Assembly (NCBI RefSeq): GCF_006345805.1
Contig: NC_043024.1
Location: 5,952,001-6,016,000, forward strand
Direction of reading: 5' to 3'
Source of the DNA: Octopus sinensis
Lineage: Eukaryota
Length of the DNA: 64,000 bases
Both the position numbers and the translations under genes were made by a program. Positions 24,658-37,585 of this stretch are shown piece after piece; positions within the stretch are counted from its first letter, which is position 1; the number at the start of each line of letters is the position of its first letter. The notes beneath the pieces are model-generated. The model did not search any database. It had not been told where the DNA came from and worked only from the letters and a program-made list of their open reading frames with translations.

Positions 24658-25446
24658 TCATGATAGTAGTAGTAGTAGTAGTAGTAGTAGTAGAGAGTAG
24701 ACGAAACAACCATAGCTATTAGTCTTGGCTGTGATTACAAGATAAATAAGAGAACAAATAAGAAAAATTATGAAAAACTAAAAGATTTTACGTAAAAAAA
24801 AACCCGAAAAGAAGTAATTGCTTTTAGACGAGACTACAAGAATCCTGTGTCTGACACTTCATAAACACACATCTTTTATCCGATACATCCTTCATAAACA
24901 CACATCCTTTATCCGACACACACACACACACACACACACGCATGCACGCTACATAATTAGACAAGATGTTACAGAGGTACGTACGTCTAGGAAGACTCCC
25001 TGCCCTCAATTCCTCTCCAGCCCTCTTTGTTTTTCTCTCTGCCAATGATATCGGTGGGGTCGTTCGAGAGCAGGGGTGCATGAGGTGGAGTGGGGTGGGT
25101 GAAGGGAGCCGGGGAGGGAGTAGCGGAATTGCTTTTTTGGTATTTTCTTTGACCTCCTGACACAGTGGATATGTTACTTTTACATGTGTGTATACACACA
25201 CACATTAGGTACTACTAGCGAACAGTGGTCCCGGTGCGCGCACTCGCGCATCGGCGCTAGCTAGTCGTAAGTAGTCTTTTTAACCCTAATCCTAAACCTA
25301 ACTCTAACCTCAGTTGGTTTATAAAAATAATTTATTTACTTGGTTTAAAAAATTATTTACTTTGCGTAAAAGTAAAAGGGGCCGATACAAAGTAAAACTT
25401 TGATGTATTGGTAAAAACGGTAAGATAGCTATGAATATAGACATGT

Positions 25447-25546
25447 GCAGGCGTGCCTCTGTGGTAAGATTCCGAGTTCAGTCCACTGTGTGGCCCCCTT
25501 GGGTTTCCACTATAGTCTCGGTAGACGGAAACTGAAAGAAGCCTGT

Positions 25547-25581
<35 letters not shown>

Positions 25582-25768
25582 CTCCCCATCACAGGTGTTG
25601 GTGTGTTAATGTAACTTAGCGGTTCGGGAAAAAGAGACCGAGAAAATAGTACCAGATTTACGAAAAATAAAAAAAAAACGCTATAAGTACTGGGTCCGAT
25701 TCATTCGACTAAAAAATCCTCAAGGCCGTGCTCCAGCACGGACGCTGTCTAATGGCTGGAACAAGTAA
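25447..25768 (+). mobile_element. SINE family A, diverged
   Basis: Partial head, GTAGACGGAAACTGAAAGAAGCC, 3' half. Confidence 0.75.
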
Positions 25769-26037
25769 ACGATATACATATACGCACGTATAGATACACA
25801 CACACACGTGCATATATGGAAATGGAAAGGGATATTGTGTGTATATGTAGGTACAAAGATCCACGCAAATATATTATATCCGTTCATATATTCACTCGTC
25901 TTTGGAAAACATACACCCCCGCCCCTACGCACGTGCGACGAGGGTTAAATACCCAGCTTCAGGTAATACGCAAAGAACAAGAAAACTGAATACCAATATT
26001 ATATATATGTGTGGTGTGTGTGTGTGTGTGTGTGTGT

Positions 26038-26165
26038 AGGCGCAATGGCCCAGTGGTTGGGGCAGCGGACTCGCTGTCGTAGGATCACGGTTTCGATTCC
26101 CAGACTGGGCGTTGTGAGTGTTTATTGAGGGAAAACACCTTAAGGCTCCACGAGGCTCCGGCAGG
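26038..26165 (+). mobile_element. tRNA-derived SINE family C, 5' part
   Basis: GGCGCAATGGCCCAGTGG A-box, GGTTTCGATTCCC B-box; relatives at 42715 (+) and 48680-48970 (-). Confidence 0.85.
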
Positions 26166-26169
26166 GGGT

Positions 26170-26287
26170 GGTGGCGACCTCTGTTGTATTCTGAGTGAAC
26201 TGGAGCAACGTGAAATAAAGTGTCTTGCTCAAGAACTCACTATCACATGATTGTGAGCCTGACGCTCTAACCACTAAGCCATGCGCC

Positions 26288-26292
<5 letters not shown>
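26170..26292 (-). mobile_element. tRNA-derived SINE family H head
   Basis: Reverse of TGAAGGCGCATGGCTTAGTGG...CTTGAGCAAGACACTTTATTTCACGTTGCTCCAG; relatives at 12200, 18500, 46020, 47465. Confidence 0.8.
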
Positions 26293-26320
<28 letters not shown>

Positions 26321-26426
26321 GTAATGTACGCATATACATACACACACATACACAAATACATCCATACATATACACTCACAACCACGCACACATATACAGA
26401 CATGTACATATATACACGCACGCACA

Positions 26427-26488
<62 letters not shown>

Positions 26489-27062
26489 CTGCACTCACAC
26501 ACACAAACTGGTGCTGAGAAGACGGCGGAAAAACCACAATTTCCGCCATAAATGCCAACAAAAGGTTTAATGATGAGATAAGTGCGATATGGCTAGGATT
26601 GGGTTGGGTTCACTTTTTGTCCAAACTACAAACACACACACAACAATCCTTATACATACATTCCTATACACCCTGAGACATCCCTCTTACTTCCCTTAAA
26701 CACACACCCCACACAAAACGAGTTACTGATAAATTTTGTTAAATGTTTCAGGTATTTTCATTCACCCCGTAATTATTAATAATCAACTTCTTAATTCTCC
26801 CAACAGTAAATATGTTAACACTAACGAAAAGTAATTATGTGGAGAGGCAGAATGATGTCTTTTATCTTTTACTTGCTTCAGTCATTAGATTGCGACCATG
26901 CTGGTGCAATGCCTTGAAAAAGTTTTAGTAGAATTTATCGACTACGGGGGTTATTTTCTTTAGTAAGCCGAACCGCCAAGTTACGGGGGACATAAACACA
27001 CCAACACCGGTTGTCAAGAGTTGGTGGGGCGACAAAGACAAGCACACACACACACACACACA

Positions 27063-27460
27063 CTCTTTTACTTGTTTCTGTCATTTGACAGTTGCCATGC
27101 TGGAGCACCGCCTTTAGTCGAGCAAATCGACCCCAGGACTTATTCTTTGTAAGCCTAGTACTTATTTTATCGGTCTCTTTTGCCGAACCGCTAGTTACGG
27201 GGACGTAAACACACCAACATCGGTTGTCAAGCGATACTGGGGGGGGCGGGGCAAACAGACACACAAACATATACACACATACATATACATGTATACATAT
27301 ATACGACAGGCTTCTTTAAGTTTCCGTCTACCAAATCCACTCACAAGGCTTTTGTCGGCCCGAGGTTATAGTAGAAGACACTTGCCCAAGGTGCCATGCA
27401 GTGGGACTGAACCCGGAACCATGTGGTTGGTAAGCAAGCTATTTACCACACAGCCACTCA
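27063..27460 (-). mobile_element. SINE family A, full length, flanked by partial copies (26865-27045, 27461-27575)
   Basis: Reverse consensus match. Confidence 0.9.
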
Positions 27461-27838
27461 CAACGGGCTTCTTTCAATTTCCGTCTACCAAATCTACTCA
27501 CAAGGTCTTGGTCAGTCCGAGGCTATAGTAGAAGAGACTTGCCCAAGCTGCCACGCAAGCAAGCTTCTTACCACACATCCACACATATACACAAACATAT
27601 ACACATATAATACACGACAACATATGTTTCACAGCACCTCAACACTACATAAAACAGAACAACAATACAACATAAGACATTACAGAAATAAATCACGAAA
27701 GACTTAAATACTTCACTGTAAGACAAGAACAAAGTCTACAATATAAAATACAAAACACGTCAAATTCCATAAACGTTACAAAGAACAACAACAACAACAG
27801 CACCGACGACCACAACATGAACCTGACGGGTTTCTTAC

Positions 27839-27871
27839 CTCCACGTGGTGCCGCAGGAGTAGACTCAACTC
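27839..27871 (-). CDS. Candidate 33-nt micro-exon: phase 1-1 (G)VESTPAAPRG, or phase 0-0 ELSLLLRHHVE
   Basis: Acceptor ttgtttcgttcatag and consensus donor GAG|gtaaga; GC-rich island in unique AT-rich DNA. Confidence 0.5.
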
Positions 27872-28679
27872 CTATGAACGAAACAATTCAGATAATCAAT
27901 GTTTAATTATTGAATTATTGATTAAGATTCGATAAAGGAGAGAGAAATACAAACAGACAGACAGGCAGATAGACTGCCATTGTGGCTTGAAGAGAGAGAG
28001 AGAGAAAAAAAGTGGAACCAATAAAAGAGAGAAAGAGAGAGAGAAAAAAAACAAGCAACGCTAACCATACATTACAATATTCTACAACGAGACCGAGCTA
28101 AGAGGGCCTCCCCAGGCTTGCACGATGTACTAAATATAGCAGCAAAATCTCATTCATATCACGCTGTTTTGAAATAAAAGGAAGGACGCATAGTTTCCGT
28201 CTGCTACTGATATTATTGTGCTTTTTAGCACTATATACGAGATTCTTTCTCGAGAGGAAACTGCAGTTTTGTGGCTTTCTTACATTATATTCACCCTAAG
28301 TTATACAGAATATTCATGTCAATAACGTGTGTATGTGTGTGTGTGCGCATAAATACATAGCTGTGTGGTCAAGAAACTAGATTTGGAACCATGTTTTGGG
28401 TTCAGTCCCCCTGCGCGGTTCTTTGAGTAAATAATTTCTACTATAGCCACCGGTCAACCAATGCCATGTGAGAGAATTTGATTGACGGAAACTGTAAGTT
28501 CATCGTATATATAAGTGTGTGTCAGTGGTGCGAAGTTTGCTTTCCAAACGATATATATAGTAAATCCCCGCCACAAAAAAAAACAAAAAAAAAAACGAAG
28601 AACAAACACAAAAAAACAACAACGCGAGCACTTTGTGCATGTACAGTATTAGCAAACGCTCAGGGAAGGGGAAAAAGTG

Positions 28680-28714
28680 GTTTAACGTTTCGCGCAAAGC
28701 TCTTCTTCAGAAAC
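28680..28714 (-). ncRNA. Penelope-type minimal hammerhead motif, stem II imperfect
   Basis: GTTT-CTGAAGA-A-GAGC-TTT-GCGC-GAAA-CGTT-AAAC: stem I GTTT/AAAC, palindromic AACGTT stem III. Confidence 0.5.
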
Positions 28715-29031
28715 AGAGGAAAGTCCAATAGAAAAGGAAAACGGAGGAATAAAATTCGCCAACGATTCACATGTGGCTACGGGAAACGTTTTGAATATGC
28801 AAGCATTAATCAAAAGGGATAAACGACCCTCTGTTAAACATCCACTTATGTTATATCGCCTGAAGAAATGAACCCATGAAAATGACCTACTCGATGCCCA
28901 CGGATACTACAGACTACACTGTAATCATCTCAAGAGTCATGTGATTTGTGGAAATGCCTGTAGAGATGCATTAAATGTTTATAAATTCCATCCAAGGATG
29001 ATTGTTGTTATTACTATATATGTATAGTAAT

Positions 29032-29403
29032 AGGCGTAGGAGTGGCTGCGTGGTAAGTAGCTTGCTTACGAACCACATTGTTCAGGGTTCAGTCCTACTA
29101 CGTGGCACCTTGGGCAAGTGTCTTCTACTATAGTCTCGGGCCGACCAAAGCCTTGTGAGTGGATTTGGTAGACGGAAACTGAAAGAAGCCCGTCGTATAT
29201 ATGTATGTGTTTGTCCCCACAACATCGCTTGACAACCGATGCTGGTGTGTTTACGTCCCCGTCACTTAGCGGTTCGGCAAAAGAGACCGATAGAATAAGT
29301 ACTAGGCTTACAAAGAATAAGTCCTGGGGTCGATTTGCTCGACTAAAGGTGGTGCTCCAGCATGGCCACAGTCAAATGACTGAAACAAGTAAAAAACAAA
29401 GAG
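29032..29403 (+). mobile_element. SINE family A, full length, minimal internal microsatellite
   Basis: Close to consensus. Confidence 0.95.
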
Positions 29404-29861
29404 TATATAGGAGGGGGGTGTCTTTGAGTAACTTGGGACATAGGAAAGGAAAGCTTCATATTACTCAGAATATGTATTTTAAGAAAAGGCTAACCAGACG
29501 TCTGAAAACAAGCATGGTCGTTTAAGAAAACTTATAAAAATGCTTTGGACAGGCTAAGGGTTAAACAAGGCACTTCATTCCATGTTGCACCAGTCTACTC
29601 AGCGGTAAGTACCACCTTGGTGCCGATGCATCCATTCCGTCACTCTTTCTCTTCCAGCTGTAAAATCCTTAGCGTTCTGCTGAGTCAAAAGGTATGAGGA
29701 CAAAGGTGTGTGCGTCGGCTGGCGACTACACAGACTCTTAAAACAATTAGAGAAAACACGGTACAATCTACAAACCGGGTCACACATATTTGGGAGTAAC
29801 AGTTAAGCCTTTTGTTGCTGTTATTATTATTATTATTATTATATTATTATTATTATTATTA

Positions 29862-30059
29862 CGGAGGTGAACTGGCAGAATCGTTAGCACGCCGAGCGGT
29901 CATTTCTTCTTCATGTTCTGAGTTCACATTCCACCGAGGTTGACTTAGCCTTTCTTCATTTCAGAGTCGATAAACTAAGTACCAGTTGAGAATAGGGGTC
30001 GATGTAAACGACTAGTCCCCTACCACAAATTTTCAGGCCTTATTCCTATATTAGAAAGG

Positions 30060-30060
<1 letters not shown>
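29862..30060 (+). mobile_element. SINE family B (single unit) with (TTA)n tail
   Basis: CTGGCAGAATCGTTAGC, GAGTTCACATTCC, body, tail. Confidence 0.8.
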
Positions 30061-30103
<43 letters not shown>

Positions 30104-30105
<2 letters not shown>

Positions 30106-30502
30106 TCTTTACTCTTTTACTTGTTTCAGTCATTTGACTGCGGCCATGCTGGAGCACAGCCTTCAGTCGAGCAAATCGACCCCAGGACTTATTCTTTGTA
30201 AGCCTAGTACTTATTCTATCAGTCTCTTTTGCCGAACCGCTAAGTGACGGGGATGTAAACACACCAGGATCGGTTGTCAAGCGATGTTGGGGCAGACACA
30301 CAAACATATACACACACACGTATATATATACATATATACGACGGGCTTCTTTCAGTTTCCGTCTACCAAATCCATTCACAAGGTTTTGGTTGGCCCGAGG
30401 CTATAGTAGAAGACACTTGCCCAAGGTGCCACGCAGTGGGACTGAACCCGGAACCATGTGGTTGGTAAGCAAGCTACTAACCACACAGCCGCTCCTGCGC
30501 CT
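30104..30502 (-). mobile_element. SINE family A, full length
   Basis: Reverse consensus match. Confidence 0.95.
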
Positions 30503-30516
30503 ATTATTATTATTAT

Positions 30517-30722
30517 GGCGGCGAGCTGGCAGAATGGTTACTTTGGCGGCATTCCATTCGTCTTGAAGATTTGAGTTCAAATTTCGCCGAGGTCAACTTT
30601 GTCTCTCATCATTTCAAGGTCGATAAAATAAGTACAAGTCGAGCCCTAAGGTCGTAGTAATCAACTAGTACCCTCCCCCGAAATTGCAGGCCTTGTACCT
30701 ATAGTGGAAAGGATTATTATTA
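30517..30722 (+). mobile_element. SINE family B (single unit)
   Basis: GGCGGCGAGCTGGCAGAATGG, GAGTTCAAATTTC. Confidence 0.82.
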
Positions 30723-31743
30723 TTATTATTATTTTCTTAGGATGTGACTGGATTAACATTTGACTGCTATATTTAACACATCGAGCGACCACATAGACAT
30801 AAACGTTTGTAGTCTAACTTCCTCTCTGATTCGTGGTGTAATTGGAGGTGGTGGGGGAGATAAGTGACGGCGTTGCGGTGGCGAAATGATGAGGATGAAT
30901 AGAGAATTGCTAACATCTGTCACCACCACCACCACCCATTTCACTGCAAACATCATCATTTCCTAGTCCACCCATCCCACCACATCGTCTCTCTCTCTCT
31001 TCCTTTCTTCTCTCAGCCCGTGTGTGTAACTTTAATGTCAGTCAATTTGTTGACCTCCACAACCTCATCTGCTCCGTTTTGAAAAGACGCTAGACGAAAG
31101 CAAAAGGTGGTTCCTGGTTAGTGGCGGTTGTTGTTATTTAAACCCAGGTTAGCCCTGATCGAGCTGACGTATGGTCATAGACATTACAGATGCGGCCATT
31201 TTGACTTTTCTTTACGTGCTGGGAAGCTGATTCTACCCGTTGTATTATGTGACATTTTCTAGGACGGTTAAGGTGTGATATGAGTGAGATTTAGCTGTTC
31301 TTTCTACTGCATCGATCGAAAAGGCATCGGCTCCTACATAGGCGCTAAAAGATAGTGATGGTGACGATGGACGTGTCAGTAGCTCCACGAACGAAGGATG
31401 TGTGTGTGTATTTTTTATCTTTATGTATGTGTTTCTGCGTGTGTGCGTGTCTATGTGATGACAGAAGGATGGGTATCTTTGATGTACATCATGAATGGAA
31501 GCCGTCCTCTCTCAACCGCTATTCATTCAATAACACACTCATACACGCACATCTCTTATTATTGTGTCCCTTCCTCACCCCTAAATCAAATTTGTTTGTA
31601 GAATTCGGAAGGTCACTTGTGTTATTGAGTGAATATAAACGATCCCTTTTAGCACTCTCTCCGTTCTGTGTGTGAATGTATGGGGTATACATGTATATAT
31701 GCATATATTATATACATAGAAGCACACATTTGTCTGTGTATCC

Positions 31744-31787
<44 letters not shown>

Positions 31788-32439
31788 GTTTCAATCATTA
31801 GAATGCGGCAATGCTGGAGCACTGCATTGAAGGGTTTAGCCCAGTAGTTCCCAAACTTTGTCACTAACAAGGACCCCTTTTATTTAAATGAGTTTTCCGA
31901 CGGACCCCTTTTAGTCGAACAAATCGACCCCAGAACTTATCATTTGTAAGCCTAGTACTTATTCTATCGGTCTGCTAAGTTACGAGGACGTAAACACACC
32001 AGCATCGGTTGTCAAGCGATGTTGGGGGACAAATATATATATATATATATATATATGAAATTTTGAGTTTAGTTGACGTACCGCAATGGCAAACCACTGG
32101 TTTAGCTGAACAAATTTATCCTGGTATGTTTTTTGTTTTTCTTGTTAGTTTGGTACATAAATCTCTCGGTGTGTTGCTGAATCGCTGAGTTACGGGAAGC
32201 AAGCAAACCGACACCGATTACCGAGTGGTGGGGAGGACAACCGCACAAACGTGATCGCTTCTCTCTCTTGCTATATATATATATATATACATATGCGCAC
32301 ACACACATAATGAGAACATCGCCGCGTATCAATGGCTGCCGGTGGGGGTGGTGTAGAGTGACAGAAACTTGAAGTGTTGGCGGTGGAGAAGGGAACTGGA
32401 AGTAATGGTGATGAAAGAAATTCTCTGGAGATTGAGATT

Positions 32440-32475
32440 ATATATTATATATATATACACACACACACACCTTCC

Positions 32476-32529
<54 letters not shown>

Positions 32530-32547
32530 CATACACACACACACTTC

Positions 32548-32590
<43 letters not shown>

Positions 32591-32668
32591 CATACCTTCC
32601 AATATATATATATATATATACACACACACCTTCCTATATATATATATAAATATATACACACAACACCT

Positions 32669-32723
<55 letters not shown>

Positions 32724-32858
32724 GTACACATACACAAACCATGACGTCTATGCGCGTCTGTCGTATGACTGAATGAAAGCATGTATATAGATATCTGCGT
32801 ATATACATATACATGCGTGTGAGTATGTGTCTGTCAACAGTAAGTTTTTTTACATATA

Positions 32859-32910
<52 letters not shown>
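32440..32910. repeat. Compound (TA)n/(CA)n microsatellites
   Basis: Directly visible. Confidence 0.9.
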
Positions 32911-32914
<4 letters not shown>

Positions 32915-33295
32915 TACACATTCGTACAGACAGACACAACATGATGTGTCTGTGTATGATTGTGGTATGTAGATGTCAACAACTTTGACCAGTGAGCTGA
33001 AAGGACGAAAGAGACATCACTCATCACTAGCCCCTTCCGTGAACCTTCCACTAAATAAAGTGACGGTTGCTGAATAGGGATGAAAGGGGTATGCCATGAC
33101 CTTTATAGCCCCTACTCGACTCGAGGCCAAACAGCAGCCATTTTCTCCCTTACCATCTAACTCAGAAGCTATCGACAATTTTTTAAAATATGGGATACCT
33201 CTGGTTACTTTTATTCTGGTGGACGCCTGCATTCGACGTTTAAAAACTACTTTCACAGAAACTTCTTTCAAAATTTTGCTTTTCATACATTAACT

Positions 33296-34080
33296 TACTC
33301 TCTCTTTTACTCTTTTACTTGTTTACTGGTTTCCGTCATTTGACTGCGGCCATGCTGGAGCACCGCCTTTAATCGAGCAAATCAACCCCAGGACTTATTC
33401 TTTATAAGCCTAGTATTTATGTTATTGGTCCCTTTTGCCGAACCAGTAAGTTACGGGAACGTAAACACACCAACGTAGTTTTGGTTTTCACACGTTCACT
33501 TATTTAGGTTTGCAACAACACTCACGAAGACAATTCGCTTCAGAGGCCAGAAACGCGTTCAACTGTGAAAAGCGTCGGACAAAGAAACCTTGCTGCTTTG
33601 CTTCTTGTAAAGAAATGCATCTTTTTACCTTTCACTGGTTTCATTCATTAGATTGCGGCCATGCTGGGGCACTGCCTTGAAGGGTTTTAGTCGAACAAAT
33701 CGACTTCAGTATTTTTCTTTTTAAGCCTGGTTCTTAATCTGTTGGTCTCTTTTGGCAAACCGCTACGTTACGAAGACGTAAACCCACCAACACCGGTTGT
33801 TAAGCAGGGGGATGAACACAAATACAAATAGGCGCGCGCACACACACAATCCACTCACAAGGCTTTGGTGGACCCAGGGATATAGTAGAAGACACTTGCC
33901 CAAGGTGCCACGCTGTAAAAACACACTTTAATGACGGGCTTCTTTCAGTTTCCATCTACCAAATCCACTTACAAAGGCTTTGGACGGCTTGAGGCACCTG
34001 GCCAAGGTGCCACGCAGTGGGACTGAACCCGGAACCATGTGGTTGAGAAGGAAGCTTCTTACTACTTGGCCACGCTTACG
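33296..34080 (-). mobile_element. Cluster of partial SINE A copies around a unique island (33480-33625)
   Basis: Fragments at 33296-33475, 33630-33905 and 33932-34080. Confidence 0.8.
33526..33562 (-). CDS. Candidate 37-nt exon LNAFLASEANCL (phase 0-1)
   Basis: Acceptor tttctttgtccgacgcttttcacag and donor TTC|gtgagt; only one open frame. Confidence 0.4.
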
Positions 34081-34609
34081 CCCATGTATAAAATAAAAGG
34101 TGGGATAGTCGTGGATGGAATACCTTTGATCAGAAGTAAAGGTGTGTTCTAACCGTGACGATTCCAATAATCTTAATCATACCATATTTGGAAGCACTCA
34201 GTCCATTTGTTTACTTATTTTTTTTATATACATTCTCAAATATATGAGATAATAGATGGGATGGTCGCGGCTAGAGTGCTTTCAATCGGAAGCGAAAAGC
34301 GTTCCGCTCGTGACCATCCCTTCTTATAATTTAACTCGTTTATTTGGCTCTACATAATCCAAAACTTTTTTTTATTATCTTTATAGAACTCTTGTATGAA
34401 ATCTTGTGTCGATGCGCTTTTACAGGTTTTAGTCATTGGATGGCAGCCATACTAGAATACCGCTTTGAAGGCTTCAGTCGAGAGTCGACTCCAATACCTT
34501 TTTCTTTCTAATACTTATTACATTGGTCTTTCTTGCCGAACCGCTAAGTTGTGTCGAGGTAAACACAACATTCATGCTCCACTCCACATATGTATATATG
34601 TGTAAATAT

Positions 34610-34644
<35 letters not shown>

Positions 34645-34999
34645 GCGTATATATGTATGTCTGTATATGTACACACAGACACACACACATATATACATAC
34701 ACACACATGCCTATTCTTTTGTTTCAGTCATTTGACTGTGGCTATACTGGAGCACCATCTTTAGTCGAACAATTCGACTCTAGGACTTATTCTTTGTAAG
34801 CCTAGTATTTATTCTATCGGGGTCTTTTTACCGAATCGCAAAGTTATGGGGACGTAAACACACCAACATTGGTTGTCAAGCGATGGTGGGGGATAGACAC
34901 AGACACACAAACAAACATGTATATATATATATATATATATTATATACACACACAAACATATGTACGCACATATATGCACACACATATAAACACATACGC

Positions 35000-35036
<37 letters not shown>

Positions 35037-35040
35037 ACAT

Positions 35041-35073
<33 letters not shown>

Positions 35074-35093
35074 GGACATATATATATATATAT

Positions 35094-35124
<31 letters not shown>

Positions 35125-35149
35125 TACATATATATATATTTTTCTTTTA

Positions 35150-35495
35150 TTCTTTTGTTTGTTTCAGTCATTTGACTGCGGCCATGCTGGAGCACCGCCT
35201 TTTAGTCGAAGAAATCGACCCCTGAACTTATTCGTTGTAAGCCTAGTACTTAATATATCGGTCTCTTCTGCCGAACCGCTATTGTTACGGAGACGTAAAC
35301 ACACCAACATCGGTTGTCAAGCGATGGGGTGTGGGGGACAAACACAGACACACGCATAAATATATACATATATATATCTATACGGCGGGCTTCTTTCAGT
35401 TTCCGTCTCCCAAATCCACTCGCAAGGTTTTGGTTGGCTACACTAGAAGACATTTGCCCAAGGTGTCACGCAGTGGGACTGAAACAGCCACACCT
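35150..35495 (-). mobile_element. SINE family A, 5'-eroded
   Basis: Reverse consensus match. Confidence 0.85.
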
Positions 35496-35686
35496 ACAAA
35501 CACATATATACACATACACACACATGCATACATAAATATATGTGCATCTTTCATTTTCCACCGACCAAAACCACACACAAACCTTTGATCAGTTTATAGT
35601 AGAAGACAGTTGCTGAAGACGCCGTGCAGTGGGACTGAACCCGAAACCAAGTGGTCGTAAAGCGAACTTGTAAACCACACAGCCAC

Positions 35687-35912
35687 GTCTGCTGGCAGAA
35701 ACGTTAGCCGCCGGGCGAAATGCGTAGCCGTATTTCGTCTGTCGTTACGTTCTGAGTTCAAATTCCGCCGAGGTCGACTTTGCCTTTCATCCTTTCGGGG
35801 TCGATTAAATAAGTACCAGTTACGCACTGGGGTCGATATAATCGACTTAATCCGTTTGTCTGTCCTTGTTTGTCCCCTCTGTGTTTAGCCCCTTGTGGGT
35901 AGTAAAGAAATA
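35687..35912 (+). mobile_element. SINE family B, head-to-head with a SINE A head (35598-35685, -)
   Basis: GCTGGCAGAAACGTTAGC..GAGTTCAAATTCCGCCGAGGTCGAC. Confidence 0.92.
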
Positions 35913-36377
35913 GATAATTCCATGTCATTATCAAAACATGAATGAATTACAAAACGTTCTATATTTAAAACTATGTCGTCAGTGGGAGAAAATGTCAGAA
36001 AAATCTGATTTATCTATTAAGGTGTTTCAATGTCTTTTCAATGAAAAAAATAAACATTACTGTCAAAACAATTGTTTACTGAAGCTATTTCTATTTCCGG
36101 TGTAACCCTACCTTAAACAAATCCAATTCATATCGCTTACATCATCGAACAGTTAGGATTGGTTGTTTTGCATGGTTGAACTGAAAGATTCGATACCTGA
36201 CTCAGCAAATATATACGTTGCTAAATAAGGCGGAGGTAAAAAATTTGTACACCTCCCGCAACAAATCGATCATTATCCCTGACAGCTGTTTCAATTATAC
36301 TCAGTGAAATTAAATATTCAATTCATATTTCCCTCTGAAGAGATTATATTCATGTGTGTGGGGTGGGGGTGGGGGGT

Positions 36378-36740
36378 ACAGGTGTGGCTGTATGATAAGA
36401 AGCATGCTCCCTAACCAGATAGCTCCGAGTTCAGTCCCACTGTGTCGTACCTTAGTCTTCTATAGTCTTGGCCTAAGCAAAGTCTTGTCAGTGGATTTGA
36501 TAGACGGAAACTGAAAGAAGCCCATCGTGTGTGTGTATATATATATATATATATGTATGTTTGTGCTTTTGTATTTGTTCCCTCACCAGCGTTGGTGTGT
36601 TTACGTTCCCGTAACTTACTGGTTCGGCAAAAGGGACCGATAACATAAATACTAGGCTTATAAAGAATAAGTCCTGGGGTTGATTTGTTTGACTAAAGGC
36701 GGTGCTCCAGCATGGTCGCAGTCAAATGACTGAAACAAGA
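36378..36740 (+). mobile_element. SINE family A
   Basis: Consensus match, diverged head. Confidence 0.85.
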
Positions 36741-37265
36741 ATACACATACACACACATGCATCTGAAGACGAATGAAACAGGTTTTACTTCTTACTGATT
36801 ATTATCAAAGCTGCCTTCAGTATACCCACATCTATACACACATACGGGTACAATAGGGACCAACAGCAATTAGCGGTCGCCAACCATATATTTAGGTTAC
36901 CGGGCAGCGAGGCGTGTAAACGAAGCCAGATCTTAATATGCTTGCCCCCGCTCGCTCTCTCTCTCTCTCTCTCACACACACACAATGATGCTTACTAAGT
37001 ATACACAAGCACACTTAACGCACGAATATATTCCACCATGGAAACATGCAAGGCGTAGGCGTGACTGTGTGGTAAATAGCTTGCTTTCCAACCACATTGT
37101 TCTGGGTTCAGTCCCACTTCGTGGCACCTTGGGCAAGTGTCTTCAACTGTAGCCTCGGGCCGACCAAAGCCTTATGAGTGGATTTGGTAGACGGAAACTG
37201 AAAGAAGCTCGTCGTATATGTGTGTGTGTGAAATGGCTGCAGTCAAATGACAGAAACAAATAAGA

Positions 37266-37328
<63 letters not shown>

Positions 37329-37384
37329 AAAAACATCAATCCAAAAGGAGAAGCACAGTCTAAGATGTAGAGCAGTACATATTA

Positions 37385-37585
37385 AAAATGGGGAAGGCCG
37401 GTTTATGGGATTACCTTAGGTTTCCAGTCCATAAAGGGTTAAGCCTCATGGTGTATCGTCAGATCCCAAAAAACCTGTTGGCCCAAGACTTCTTTAAAAA
37501 TTTTTTTAGAAGTCTTGGGCCAACAGGTTTTTGGAATATGGACGGGAAACCTAAGGCAATCCCACAAACCGGCCTTCCTCATTTT
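37385..37585. mobile_element. Fold-back MITE (near-complete palindrome)
   Basis: 49-bp outer arms (4 mismatches) and a 25-bp perfect inner inverted repeat. Confidence 0.85.

Noticed and set aside
28860-28885. CTGAAGA-A-ATG-AACC-CAT-GAAA hammerhead-like core
   Set aside because: No stem III, UH triplet or stem I.
29560-29692. Plus-strand exon-53-nt intron-exon pattern
   Set aside because: The upstream 'exon' is a SINE H remnant, the intron is very short and the peptide is unrecognised; kept only as context in a finding.
36140-36179. 40-nt minus-strand exon candidate (ttcag|...GAT|gtaagc)
   Set aside because: Its phase 1-2 frame joins the next candidate into an immediate stop; possibly chance.
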